64,000 nucleotides of DNA from positions 1 through 64,000 of the forward strand of contig JARGFH010000007.1 of the NCBI GenBank assembly GCA_029210695.1. The letters run 5' to 3'. Source of the DNA: Acidimicrobiia bacterium. GTDB lineage: Bacteria > Actinomycetota > Acidimicrobiia > Spongiisociales > JAHEDJ01. Under the pieces are notes generated by a model that did not search any database, had not been told where the DNA came from, and worked only from the letters and a program-made list of their open reading frames with translations. The first letter of the stretch is position 1. Each line of letters opens with the position of its first letter. Below are positions 27,039 through 36,958 of the stretch, one piece after another. A program made the position numbers and the translations under genes.

Positions 27039-28574
27039 ATGGCGTTGTTCCGCCGCAAATCGGCTCAGGTTGTCCGCCGTGGGGTGGGCGATAACGAGGT
27101 CGAAGAACGCACCACCAGGCGTGTCGGCCGCGAAACGGTCGAGGTACGAAGAGTCCGGGCCGTCCCTGAAGAGAAGAAACGGGAGGCGGGGTCGAAGGGG
27201 CGCCAGAGCAAGCCCCGGCCGCCGGGGCGCGAGAGTCGCGGGCGGACGCCCCGTCACGTAGAGGAGGAGATCATCCTCCCACCCGAGACCGGAAAGAAGC
27301 AGATGCTGGTCCGGGTACTTCCTACCCAGACCCAAGTTGTCATTCTCGAGGGTCCCTCTCTGGTAGAGCATTACGTTGCCCGACAGGAGCGAACATCGCT
27401 GGCAGGCAACATGTACCTCGCCAAGGTGAAGAACGTTCTTCCGGGAATGGAGGCCGCCTTCCTCGATTTCGGAGAGCCGAAGAACGGAGTCCTCTACGCG
27501 GGCGACATCAAAGTCGATCCCGCCACCCACGGTCACCATCCGCGTATCGAGCAGGTGCTCGCCGAAGGCGACGAGGTGCTGGTCCAGGTGGTCAAAGATG
27601 CGATGGGTGCCAAGGGCGCCCGGTTGACCGGGCAGGTCACGGTCCCCGGCCGGTATCTCGTGCTGGCCCCCGACTCAGATATGCAGGGGATCTCACGGCG
27701 GCTGCCGGAAGAAGATCGCCTTCGTCTGCGCGACATTCTGCGAGATGTCAAACCGGCCGGGTTCGGCGTGATCGTGAGAACCGCGGCGGCTGCTGCGACG
27801 AAAGAAGAGATCGAGACGGACATCAACCGGCTCGTCAGAGTGTGGGAACTGATCAAAGAAGAGGCGGCTGCCGGTGGGGCTCCTCGTCCGGTGTACGAAG
27901 AGCCCGGTCTGCTTATCCGGGTCATCCGTGAGCATTTCACACCCGATTTCAAACGGCTGCTCATCGACGACGAGGCGGCCCGCGCTGAAGTCGTTTCGTA
28001 CCTCGATCGGACCGCGCCCGACCTCACCGATAAAGTCAGCATGTATCAAGATGAGATCCCGCTCTTCGAGCGCTATCACGTCGAGGATCAACTTCAGAAG
28101 GCGCTCGACCGGAAGGTATGGCTGAAATCCGGTGGCCATCTAGTAGTTGATCGAACTGAAGCGCTGACGGTGATCGATGTGAACACCGGCAAGTTCGTTG
28201 GCAGCTCCAACCTCGAGGACACCGTTCTGCAGAACAACCTCGAAGCAGCGGAGGAAATCGGTCGTCAACTGCGACTGCGCGATATCGGCGGCATTATCGT
28301 GATCGACTTCATAGATATGGAGATCTCACGCAACCGCCAGGCAGTGCTGAGGCGCCTGAAGGAAACCCTGGCTAAGGACAAAGTCCGTACGCAGGTATTC
28401 GATGTCTCGAATCTCGGTTTGGTCGAGATGACCCGTAAGAACGTTTCGGCCGGATTGCTCGAACAGTTTTCAGAGGTCTGTCCGACCTGTTCGGGACGGG
28501 GTATCGTTCTACACGAGGCCACGGCGCTTCGCGGCCTCCCGTTTGAAACCGACGACGACGTAGAAGTGATGTAA
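27039..28574 (+). CDS. rne: Ribonuclease E/G family
   Basis: VLPGMEAAFLD, S1 domain, IDVNTGKF, RLRDIGGIIVIDFIDM, CPTC. Confidence 0.93.
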   Translation: MALFRRKSAQVVRRGVGDNEVEERTTRRVGRETVEVRRVRAVPEEKKREAGSKGRQSKPRPPGRESRGRTPRHVEEEIILPPETGKKQMLVRVLPTQTQVVILEGPSLVEHYVARQERTSLAGNMYLAKVKNVLPGMEAAFLDFGEPKNGVLYAGDIKVDPATHGHHPRIEQVLAEGDEVLVQVVKDAMGAKGARLTGQVTVPGRYLVLAPDSDMQGISRRLPEEDRLRLRDILRDVKPAGFGVIVRTAAAAATKEEIETDINRLVRVWELIKEEAAAGGAPRPVYEEPGLLIRVIREHFTPDFKRLLIDDEAARAEVVSYLDRTAPDLTDKVSMYQDEIPLFERYHVEDQLQKALDRKVWLKSGGHLVVDRTEALTVIDVNTGKFVGSSNLEDTVLQNNLEAAEEIGRQLRLRDIGGIIVIDFIDMEISRNRQAVLRRLKETLAKDKVRTQVFDVSNLGLVEMTRKNVSAGLLEQFSEVCPTCSGRGIVLHEATALRGLPFETDDDVEVM

Positions 28575-28634
28575 CCGAGTTGGAAACTCACCAATAGCCG
28601 GTAGAGTTACCGCCCATTTGACCTGAGGACGACA

Positions 28635-29021
28635 ATGTACGCGATCATCCGCACCGGCGGGAAGCAGGCGAAAGTGCGCCAGGGAGACGTTATCGACGTC
28701 GAACGGCTCAAGAACGCCGGCGAAGCAGTAGAATTCAAGCCCTTGCTCGTTGTGGACGATGGTGGTGCAACCATCAGCGATCGTGAGCAACTCGCCGGAT
28801 ACACCGTGCGCGCCGAAGTAGTCGGTGACACGAAGGGCGAGAAGATCGATATCTTCAAGTACAAGAACAAGACGGGGTACCGTCGACGCATGGGTCACCG
28901 ACAGATCTACACCACCATCAAGGTGACTGAGATCGTCGGCCCGAAGCCCAAGAAGGCCAAGGCGGAGCCTGCCAAAGCAGAAACTGCCAAGGCAAAGGCC
29001 GCCAAGGCTGAGGAGAAGTAG
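28635..29021 (+). CDS. rplU: 50S ribosomal protein L21 with Lys/Ala-rich C-terminal extension
   Basis: [27 protein letters not shown]. Confidence 0.97.
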   Translation: MYAIIRTGGKQAKVRQGDVIDVERLKNAGEAVEFKPLLVVDDGGATISDREQLAGYTVRAEVVGDTKGEKIDIFKYKNKTGYRRRMGHRQIYTTIKVTEIVGPKPKKAKAEPAKAETAKAKAAKAEEK

Positions 29022-29024
29022 CAG

Positions 29025-29276
29025 ATGTCCAAGACCAAAGCCGGAGGCTCGACCAAGAACGGTCGCGATTCAAAGGCAAAACGCCTCGGACCGAAGGTCT
29101 TTGATGGCCATGTTGTCAACTCCGGCGCGATCATTGTGCGCCAGCGGGGCACCCGTATTCACCCCGGTGAGAATGTCGGCCTCGGACGAGACTTCACGCT
29201 GTTCGCCATGGCCCCGGGCGTCGTCAAATACCATGCCAGCAACGGCCGCCGTTTGGTGAGCGTTCTCCCCGAGTAG
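29025..29276 (+). CDS. rpmA: 50S ribosomal protein L27
   Basis: [25 protein letters not shown]. Confidence 0.97.
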   Translation: MSKTKAGGSTKNGRDSKAKRLGPKVFDGHVVNSGAIIVRQRGTRIHPGENVGLGRDFTLFAMAPGVVKYHASNGRRLVSVLPE

Positions 29277-29301
29277 GGAGAGCGGCCGACGGTTTCGACG
29301 C

Positions 29302-30630
29302 GTGTTCGTCGATCAGGTCAACATCCACCTCCGCGCCGGAAACGGTGGTGCGGGGGTGGTTTCGTATGTGCGCTCGCGCGGTAAACCGAAAGGGAAGCCC
29401 ATCGGTGGTTCCGGCGGCGATGGGGGCGACGTCTACATCGAGGCAGATGAGTCGGTGGTGACCCTGCTCATCTACCAGCGGAATCCCCACCATGCTGCAG
29501 GAAACGGAACCCACGGTCGTGGCGATCTTCAACACGGCCGGCGCGGTGAGGATCTGGTGCTGAAAGTACCTCTCGGTACGACGGTGTGGGACGACGAAGG
29601 CACCATGATTGCCGATCTCGTCAAGCACGGGCAGCACGTCAAAGCCCTCCAGGGAGGTCGAGGAGGATCCGGGAATGCTGCGTTCATCTCTGCAAAGCAC
29701 CGGGCGCCTGCCTTCTCCGAACAGGGCGAATATGGTGAGTCGGCGACCTTCGGGCTCGAGATGAAACTGCTCGCCGATGCCGCGTTGATCGGATTCCCCA
29801 ATGCGGGGAAAAGCACCCTCATCTCCGCGATCAGCGCCGCTAAGCCGAAGATTGCCGATTATCCATTCACGACACTCGAGCCCAACCTGGGTGTTGTGGC
29901 AATCGGAGAGCGCGAGTTCGTTGTCGCAGACGTCCCCGGACTGATCGAGGGCGCATCTGAGGGGAAGGGCCTTGGTCACGAGTTTCTCCGTCACGTTGAA
30001 CGAGCGCGGGCATTGGTCGTCCTGCTCGATCCATCGCCATTGCAGATCGCTTCACCTGCGGAGCAATACCACGTGTTGATCGATGAGTTGCGGCGCCATT
30101 CCGGTGAACTCGTCGATCGGCCGCGGGTCGTGGCATTCTCAAAGGCCGATCTGGCTGCCGGGGACTTCGATACTGGCGAACTGGCCTCCGCCGTCGGAGA
30201 GCCCTCGCTCTTCTCTATCTCGGCCGTCACGGGGCGGGGGCTAGAACCGTTTCTGCACGCGGTGGCGGACGCGATCGACCTGGCAGTACGCGAAGAGCCG
30301 CAGCGAGAGGGGTTCATCCTCCATCGCCCGGTCCGCGAGTCGTTTGAGATCCATGCAAGGCCGGGTGGGTGGGAAGTGACGGGTCGCGCCGCCGAGCGGG
30401 CCGTCCGGCTCGACGACCTCACCGTTTCGATGACGGCCGATTTCGTAGCCGGCCGGCTCGAACGTCTGGGCGTCGACGAAGCACTCCGGCAGGCGGGAGC
30501 GGTTCCGGGCGATGAGGTGCGCATTGGCGAACTCGTGTTCGAGTTCTCCAATCCCGATGACGAGCAACACGAGGCGGGTGAACCAGGGGCGGGCGGTCCG
30601 GACGGCGTGGAGGGCGGCGAAGAGGAATGA
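29302..30630 (+). CDS. obgE: GTPase ObgE/CgtA
   Basis: Gly-rich Obg domain, GFPNAGKST, DYPFTTL, DVPG, C-terminal OCT domain. Confidence 0.96.
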   Translation: MFVDQVNIHLRAGNGGAGVVSYVRSRGKPKGKPIGGSGGDGGDVYIEADESVVTLLIYQRNPHHAAGNGTHGRGDLQHGRRGEDLVLKVPLGTTVWDDEGTMIADLVKHGQHVKALQGGRGGSGNAAFISAKHRAPAFSEQGEYGESATFGLEMKLLADAALIGFPNAGKSTLISAISAAKPKIADYPFTTLEPNLGVVAIGEREFVVADVPGLIEGASEGKGLGHEFLRHVERARALVVLLDPSPLQIASPAEQYHVLIDELRRHSGELVDRPRVVAFSKADLAAGDFDTGELASAVGEPSLFSISAVTGRGLEPFLHAVADAIDLAVREEPQREGFILHRPVRESFEIHARPGGWEVTGRAAERAVRLDDLTVSMTADFVAGRLERLGVDEALRQAGAVPGDEVRIGELVFEFSNPDDEQHEAGEPGAGGPDGVEGGEEE

Positions 30631-31748
30631 CCGGACACCGCCCGATCTCACCGGGAGCCAGGATTGTCGTGAAGGTCGGCTCATCCAGCTTGACGCGCCC
30701 CGGTGGAGGTATTGACGAAGATGCCATCGAGCGTATTACCGGGATGATCGCCGGGAGTTGGGGTGCCGGGAACCCGACCGTTCTGGTGAGCTCAGGCGCC
30801 GTGGCGGCAGGCCTTCCGGCCCTGGGTTTGCGGGAGCGTCCCACCGATCTGCCCGGGCTTCAGGTGGCGGCGGCCGTTGGGCAGGGACGTCTGATGGAGC
30901 GCTATTCGGCCGGTTTCTCCACTCGCAGAATGGTTGCCGGGCAAGTGCTCCTCACCAAGGACATCCTCGCCAACCGTGACCAGTACCTCCATGCTCGCCA
31001 GGCGCTCGACCGCATGCTGAGCGAGCGGGTCGTGCCGATCGTCAATGAGAACGACACCATTGCAGTCGAGGAACTCAGGCTCGGGGACAACGACCGGTTG
31101 GCGGCCATCGTCTCTCATCTGGTTGGTGCGGGTCTCTTGTTGTTGCTGACCGATACGCCCGGTCTCTACTCCTCGGACCCGCGATTGGCGGAGAATGCAG
31201 AGTTGTTATCGGCGGTGCGGCACACCGACGAGGTACTCGATACCGTGGCGCGCGGTACGTCGGGACCGGTGGGGTCGGGTGGCGTAGCGACGAAGGTTTC
31301 TGCGGCCCGGATGGCTGCCTGGTCGGGGATCCCGACCATCATTGCCGCGGCAGGAAACCAGTCTGCGATCAGTGCCGCGGTTTCCGGCACGTCGACGGGG
31401 ACGTGGGTGGAACCACATCCCAGCGGGCTTCCTGCTCGCAAGCTGTGGATTGCCTTCGGACTACCTTCATCCGGAACCATCGCTGTTGACTCCGGTGCCG
31501 CTCGGGCCATTATCGAGGAGGGCGCATCATTGCTGGCGGTGGGCATCAAAGAGATGCAGGGTGAGTTCGAAGCCGGCGACGCCGTCGAAGTGCTCGACGG
31601 AGACGGGGTCCTGATCGCCAAGGGGCAGGTCCAGGTCGGTGCGGACGAGTTCCGCAGGGCGGCCTGCGACAATGCTCTGGCGGGACTGACCGTGATCCAC
31701 AGAGACCAGCTGGTAGTCCTGGTTGGGCCTTGGCGACCGCCAACTTGA
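30627..31748 (+). CDS. proB: Glutamate 5-kinase
   Basis: VVKVGSSSL, SSGAV, NENDT, GDNDRL, C-terminal PUA domain. Confidence 0.95.
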   Translation: MTGHRPISPGARIVVKVGSSSLTRPGGGIDEDAIERITGMIAGSWGAGNPTVLVSSGAVAAGLPALGLRERPTDLPGLQVAAAVGQGRLMERYSAGFSTRRMVAGQVLLTKDILANRDQYLHARQALDRMLSERVVPIVNENDTIAVEELRLGDNDRLAAIVSHLVGAGLLLLLTDTPGLYSSDPRLAENAELLSAVRHTDEVLDTVARGTSGPVGSGGVATKVSAARMAAWSGIPTIIAAAGNQSAISAAVSGTSTGTWVEPHPSGLPARKLWIAFGLPSSGTIAVDSGAARAIIEEGASLLAVGIKEMQGEFEAGDAVEVLDGDGVLIAKGQVQVGADEFRRAACDNALAGLTVIHRDQLVVLVGPWRPPT

Positions 31749-31783
31749 ACCCACACCTGCGACTCGGAGCTCAGGGTTCTGGG

Positions 31784-32338
31784 TCAATCCTCGAGCCGTT
31801 GTTGGCGCCTGCGTTGGCGGGCATGCTGAAGAAGCACGCCGCCGGCCACGGCGGCCAGTATCACTCCGATCGCTCCCAATGGACCTGTAGCTTCCGAGGG
31901 CAGGTGATAGCCCGGTTCGACGAGTTCGAGACTTGTCACTGCGATGTACGTCTCCCCCGTTCGGTCGGGGTCGTGATAGCGGAACTCGCCCGTTGCGGAC
32001 ACGATCGGGCCGCGCCACCGATATCCGCCCGGTTGCTCGACGGCGGCCATCTCTTCGAAGAGCTCGGGCGGCACCCGCAGGGTTACGCCGACGTTGGCCC
32101 CGGCGAGGAGGCCGGTCTCGAGCAGCGGATGTGTGGCGTAGGGGTCGTCGTTGATCTGGAGCCAGAATGCGCCCGAATGCCGGCCGAAGTCGCCGACGAG
32201 TTCCCCCGTGACTTCTACAACGCGACCGGACCATTCGTCGGGACTCGACAGAATCTCGGCGATCTCCGTCGCTCCTGCCGGAGACTGTAGTCCGGCGACC
32301 AGAGCCATAGTCATGAAGGCGGTGATGATTCCCTTCAT
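31784..32338 (-). CDS. Secreted, membrane-anchored OB-fold-like protein at the end of the Trk operon
   Basis: Signal peptide, V.VTGELVGD..W..I.D beta pattern, C-terminal TM plus basic tail; ATGA overlap with trkH. Confidence 0.6.
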   Translation of the reverse strand: MKGIITAFMTMALVAGLQSPAGATEIAEILSSPDEWSGRVVEVTGELVGDFGRHSGAFWLQINDDPYATHPLLETGLLAGANVGVTLRVPPELFEEMAAVEQPGGYRWRGPIVSATGEFRYHDPDRTGETYIAVTSLELVEPGYHLPSEATGPLGAIGVILAAVAGGVLLQHARQRRRQQRLED

Positions 32339-33828
32339 TCGCCGACTACCCAGGTGACCGCGAACCCGATGAGAGCAAACACGGCTACGAACTCCAGACG
32401 GCCGATCCACATTTGTAGGAGGTACACGACTTCGAGCAGCACCGGCATACCGGGGTCAACCACCCCGACGGAGAGTCCGACGTTGGCGGCGGCACTGACC
32501 GATTCGAACATCGCCTGCTGGAGAGGGACGCCGTAGGCGATTCCAACCGACGCGCCCAGCAGGTAGAGGCCGACGTAGAGGAGTGAGATCGTCATGACCG
32601 ACTGTGCCAGTTCCGGCCGCATCACCTTGGCCGTGCTCTGCCAGTAGCGCTCCGAGATGACAGTCCCTTCGGGCAACAAGGCTTCCTTGATGAGGTTCCA
32701 AAGAGACCGCACCGTCAGCCCGATGCGGAGCGCCTTGACACCTCCCGCAGTCGATGAGCCCATCCCACCGAACGACATGGCGAGGGTGATCCCACCGAAG
32801 GCCAATCCGCTCCAGAGCACCAGATCGGAGGGTTGCACGGTGGCAAAGCCGGTTCCCGTATGGGCAGACAGAATCTGAAAGAACCCCTGCCGGGCCAGGG
32901 AAGCCGAGTCGGTGTAGAGGCCGGTGGCGGCGAGGCCGACAAACGCGATCAGCAACGTTCCGGCGAAGGTGATGATGATCGCACGAGCTTCGAGATTGCG
33001 CAGGAGATTGCGAGGACCCCTCCACAGCGCGTAGTGGGCCCCGAACGATAGGGCTCCCGCCACCATGAGCACGCCGATCACGGCCTCGTAGGTAATCGAG
33101 TGGTAATACCCGATGCTGGTACTCATCGGTGCGAAACCGCCGGTATCGAAGGCGGACATGAAGATGGTGATCGCATGAAACAAGGATCGGAAGGGGTCGA
33201 AGCCCAGTACGAAGGAGCCCACCACCCACAACGCCGTGATACCGAAGGCGGCGTGAAACAAACTGACCGACCAGATGAACCGGGCAGTCGAGCCGACTGA
33301 AGGGAAGATGCGTTCGTCCCGCGCTTCGCCGTGATAAAGGGCCAGCACGCCACCGCCGCCGAAGAACATCAGCGCGGCGAGAACGATTCCCTGACCCCCG
33401 AGGAATTGCAGGGCACTCCGCCATACGTTGATCGACGGTGCCAGGTGGTCGAGATCCTGAATCAAAGCTAGTCCGGTGGTGGTGACGCCGCTCATCGCGT
33501 CGAAATAAGCGTCGAGGACTCGGCCGTAGTGGCGGCTGAGTGCCAGGGGAATTGCGCCGAGGGCGGGCACAGCCAGCCAGACCAGCGCGACGGTGACCAT
33601 GCCGTGATGCCAACCCGCATTCTGGTCTCGCGGTCTAAAGCGTTCAACAGAGGCGGCGATTGCCAGAGCCAAACCGATCATGAAGATGAAGGACGACGCC
33701 GAGTGCCAGTCTCGATCTACCAGCGCCCACAGGAGCGGGATCACGCCGGCGATGCCGACCACGTAAAGCACCCGTCCCAGCTGGAAGCTGATGAGTTTGA
33801 GGTCCGAGATTTGCGGGCGTATCAGCAC
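32335..33828 (-). CDS. trkH: TrkH family potassium uptake protein
   Basis: SGVTTTG, QFLGGQG, FDTGGF, STAGGVK, ANVGLS, GRLE. Confidence 0.92.
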   Translation of the reverse strand: MLIRPQISDLKLISFQLGRVLYVVGIAGVIPLLWALVDRDWHSASSFIFMIGLALAIAASVERFRPRDQNAGWHHGMVTVALVWLAVPALGAIPLALSRHYGRVLDAYFDAMSGVTTTGLALIQDLDHLAPSINVWRSALQFLGGQGIVLAALMFFGGGGVLALYHGEARDERIFPSVGSTARFIWSVSLFHAAFGITALWVVGSFVLGFDPFRSLFHAITIFMSAFDTGGFAPMSTSIGYYHSITYEAVIGVLMVAGALSFGAHYALWRGPRNLLRNLEARAIIITFAGTLLIAFVGLAATGLYTDSASLARQGFFQILSAHTGTGFATVQPSDLVLWSGLAFGGITLAMSFGGMGSSTAGGVKALRIGLTVRSLWNLIKEALLPEGTVISERYWQSTAKVMRPELAQSVMTISLLYVGLYLLGASVGIAYGVPLQQAMFESVSAAANVGLSVGVVDPGMPVLLEVVYLLQMWIGRLEFVAVFALIGFAVTWVVGE

Positions 33829-33829
33829 G

Positions 33830-33964
33830 TCACAGAATCCATGTCACGATCCATGCGAGGAGAACGGCAGCCGCCAGCAGAGATACCAGTATCGCAACCT
33901 CGACCAGCACACCGGCCAGTCCACCGATTGCATACTGCAACGCTCTTCGACGTCTCCTAGCCAT
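33830..33964 (-). CDS. 44-aa membrane microprotein (absent from the ORF track)
   Basis: MARRRRRALQYAIGGLAGVLVEVAILVSLLAAAVLLAWIVTWIL; overlaps the trkA stop and ends 1 nt before the trkH start. Confidence 0.7.
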   Translation of the reverse strand: MARRRRRALQYAIGGLAGVLVEVAILVSLLAAAVLLAWIVTWIL

Positions 33965-34721
33965 CCTCGTCACCCGGGATGCCGGCTTCGCCCTCCGGTG
34001 TCGCCACGATCTCGATTCCCTCGCCCTCGAGAAGGGCGGTGTTGCCGTTTTCCTTGCCGTTCGATTCCGCAGAGACCGTCAGTAGTGCATCCCTAACCCG
34101 CTCTTCGGTTTCAGTACGGGTGACGGCGAGGATGCGATCACCAGGTTGGATCGTCGTTTCCGGACCGGGCACCAGGACGGTCCCTTCGCGGCGGACGGCT
34201 ACCAGGATGCTCGACGGCGGGAGGGTCAAGGAAGCAACTTCTCGAGGCGGCGACTCATCCGGGATGACGATCTCGAGGAGGCTGACATCTCCTCGATCAA
34301 GCAGAGCCACTCGTGCCAGTTCACCGACGTCGAGCTCCTTGCTGATCACATTGGCCACCAAGTCGGTGAAGCCGACCACGGGGACCTTCAGCGCATCGAA
34401 CGTACGACGGTTCCGGGGGTCGTTGAGACGAGCCAGCACCCGGGGAGTACCGAACGCGGTGCGGGCCAGCTGACAGGCGACGAGGTTGTCCTCATCTCTG
34501 CCGGTCAGGGCCAGCAGGTAGTCCGCTCGCTGCGTGTCGGCCCTTCTGAGCAACGCCACATCGGTCCCGTCTCCTAAAAGGCAAAGGACGTCCGCTTCCG
34601 CTGCAAGCTCTTCCGCGTTTGACTCATCCTTCTCGATCACGGTGATCGTGTGGCCCGCCTCTCGGAGCTGTTTGGCGAGGAAACCGCCCACCTTGCCTCC
34701 ACCGATGATCACGATTCTCAC
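33957..34721 (-). CDS. trkA: TrkA family RCK subunit (single RCK_N/RCK_C)
   Basis: IIGGGKVG, LALTGRDEDNL. Confidence 0.9.
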   Translation of the reverse strand: MRIVIIGGGKVGGFLAKQLREAGHTITVIEKDESNAEELAAEADVLCLLGDGTDVALLRRADTQRADYLLALTGRDEDNLVACQLARTAFGTPRVLARLNDPRNRRTFDALKVPVVGFTDLVANVISKELDVGELARVALLDRGDVSLLEIVIPDESPPREVASLTLPPSSILVAVRREGTVLVPGPETTIQPGDRILAVTRTETEERVRDALLTVSAESNGKENGNTALLEGEGIEIVATPEGEAGIPGDEDG

Positions 34722-34723
34722 GG

Positions 34724-35380
34724 CTACCGGTCCTGATCTACGACGTATTTGTGAATCCGACTCCGAACGCCTTCGCGAGCAGCCGCCACCACGAGATCGT
34801 CGCCTCGCAGCTTGAGATCGTCTCTGGGGATCACCGTCACCTCACCGCGTTGGATCGCGGCGATGCGGAGTTCGTGATCGATTTCGAGTTCGTCGACCCG
34901 CATCCCTTCGGCAGCTGAGGAAAGATGGAACTCCACGACCTCGATGTCTCCCTTGGGGAACGTCACGTGGAACGCGAACTCCTCGTCCATGATCTGCTCG
35001 TAGAGGACATTGGCGACGAGCTTGGTTCCGGTCACGTGATGGATGTCGAGGGCGTGATAGGTCTCCTCACGGGCCGGGTCATACAACCGGGCAATCGAGC
35101 GAGGAACGCCAAAGACCACCTTGGCAACTTCACTGGCCATGAGGTTGGCATTGTCGGAATCGGTGACGGCCAGAAAGACATCGGCTAGCTCGATACCTGC
35201 TTCCCGCAACGTGTCGACGTCGTACGCTTCGCCAACGACTTTCGTGCCGTTGAAGGTGCGACCCAGCGTGTTGAGCGCCTCCTCGCGACGGTCGACAACG
35301 GTGACGTCGTGCCCTGCTTCGACCAGCATCTTGGCGACATTCGCCCCAACCCGACCACAGCCGGCAATTACGATTCGCAC
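34724..35380 (-). CDS. trkA: TrkA family RCK subunit (single RCK_N/RCK_C)
   Basis: IAGCGRVG, AVTDSDNANL. Confidence 0.9.
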   Translation of the reverse strand: MRIVIAGCGRVGANVAKMLVEAGHDVTVVDRREEALNTLGRTFNGTKVVGEAYDVDTLREAGIELADVFLAVTDSDNANLMASEVAKVVFGVPRSIARLYDPAREETYHALDIHHVTGTKLVANVLYEQIMDEEFAFHVTFPKGDIEVVEFHLSSAAEGMRVDELEIDHELRIAAIQRGEVTVIPRDDLKLRGDDLVVAAAREGVRSRIHKYVVDQDR

Positions 35381-35467
35381 GATGTCTGCTTTCTCATGAA
35401 TGGTGATGATACGACGAAAGAGTCGCGAGTCGCGAGCCGCGAGATTGTGGCTGAGGCTTCGGACTTG

Positions 35468-36958
35468 CTACCTTCGCCAAAGATCCCTGGTGAAGAGCAG
35501 GAGCACCGGGAAGATCTCGAGTCGGCCGGCGATCATGAGAAACGCCAGAAGCCATTTGCCGAGCCACGGGACGGCGAGGAAGTTCGATGTCGGCCCGACG
35601 ATACCGAGGCCCGGGCCGATATTGCCGAGTGACGATGCAACCGCTGAGGTAGATGTAACCAGATCGAGGCCGGTGCCCAGCCTCGACTCAATCAAGCCGA
35701 GCAGCACCGTCCCCGTCATGAACAGGAACATGTAGAACAGGAAGAACGACTGGACCGAGCCGACGATGGGGTCGGGTACCGCCTTCCCTCCGAAACGGGT
35801 CACGATGACCGCCCTCGGGTGAACCAACCGGCGGAGGTCTGCGGCCGCCGAGCGGGTCAGTACAGCAACGCGAAACGTCTTGACACCACCCGCGGTGGAT
35901 CCTGAACTGCCTCCAAGGAACATCAACCCGACGATGAGTATCTGAAGACCCGGCGCCCACGCTCCGAAGTCGGCGGTGGCGAATCCGGTCGTCGTCATGA
36001 TCGAGGTGGCGGTGAAGGCAGCATCTCGCAGCGATCCGTGCCACGTGTCGCTCGCCCAGATGCCGACGGCGACCACCGCGATCGCGCCAACGAGGAGGAA
36101 GGTGTAGAGCCGGAACTCGGTGTTGCGAAGGTACTCGCCGGGTCTCCGTAGCGCACGGAAGTGCAGGGCGAACGATGCCCCCGCAATGAACATGAAAGCG
36201 GTAATGACCCATTGGGTGTAGGGGCTGAAACCGGTGATGGAGGTCGCCTCGGTCCCGAATCCGCCGGTCGACATGGTCGTAAACGAATGCGCAACCGCCT
36301 GAAAGAGGTTCATGTCTCCAGCCCACAACATGAGCACTTCGAGCAACGTGAAGGCGACGTAGATCCACCACAGTCGCTTGGCCGTTTCGCGAAAGCGCGG
36401 GGTCAATCGGTCGGGTTGCGGTCCGGGCGATTCGGCCTTGGCCAGCTGGACACCGCCGACGCCGAGCAGGGGCAGGACGGCAATCGACAAAACGATCACC
36501 CCCATCCCGCCCAACCACTGGGTTCCGGCCCGCCAGATCAGAATGCCGTGTGAGAGAGCCCCCGGGTCGGGGATTATTGAAGCACCCGTCGTAGTGAACC
36601 CGGCCGCGGTTTCAAAGAAAGCATCGGTGAGGTTCGGGATCGATCCGGTGAAGAGATAGGGGAGAGTGCCGAAGAACGCCATGACGAACCAGGCCAGCCC
36701 GACTGCCGCAAACCCCTCTTTGGTGGTGAGCACACCGTGTCGGCCGATGAAGCGCCAGCCGATGAGGCCGACGGTCACGGTGACGGCCGCCGCAAGAAGG
36801 ATCTGACCCGCTTCGGCCCACTCCTGGTAAGCCAGCGAGACCAGGGCGGCCGGAACCATGGCAACGCCGCTGGCCGCCACGACCGCACCGATGATCAGCG
36901 AGAGCTGGCGGCCCATGGAAACCTGCTGGGATGCGCTGGTCGAACCGGAGGACGACAT
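35468..36958 (-). CDS. trkH: TrkH family potassium uptake protein
   Basis: GFTTTGA, WLGGMG, STGGF, GSTAGGVK, GNIGPG, GRLEI. Confidence 0.95.
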   Translation of the reverse strand: MSSSGSTSASQQVSMGRQLSLIIGAVVAASGVAMVPAALVSLAYQEWAEAGQILLAAAVTVTVGLIGWRFIGRHGVLTTKEGFAAVGLAWFVMAFFGTLPYLFTGSIPNLTDAFFETAAGFTTTGASIIPDPGALSHGILIWRAGTQWLGGMGVIVLSIAVLPLLGVGGVQLAKAESPGPQPDRLTPRFRETAKRLWWIYVAFTLLEVLMLWAGDMNLFQAVAHSFTTMSTGGFGTEATSITGFSPYTQWVITAFMFIAGASFALHFRALRRPGEYLRNTEFRLYTFLLVGAIAVVAVGIWASDTWHGSLRDAAFTATSIMTTTGFATADFGAWAPGLQILIVGLMFLGGSSGSTAGGVKTFRVAVLTRSAAADLRRLVHPRAVIVTRFGGKAVPDPIVGSVQSFFLFYMFLFMTGTVLLGLIESRLGTGLDLVTSTSAVASSLGNIGPGLGIVGPTSNFLAVPWLGKWLLAFLMIAGRLEIFPVLLLFTRDLWRR

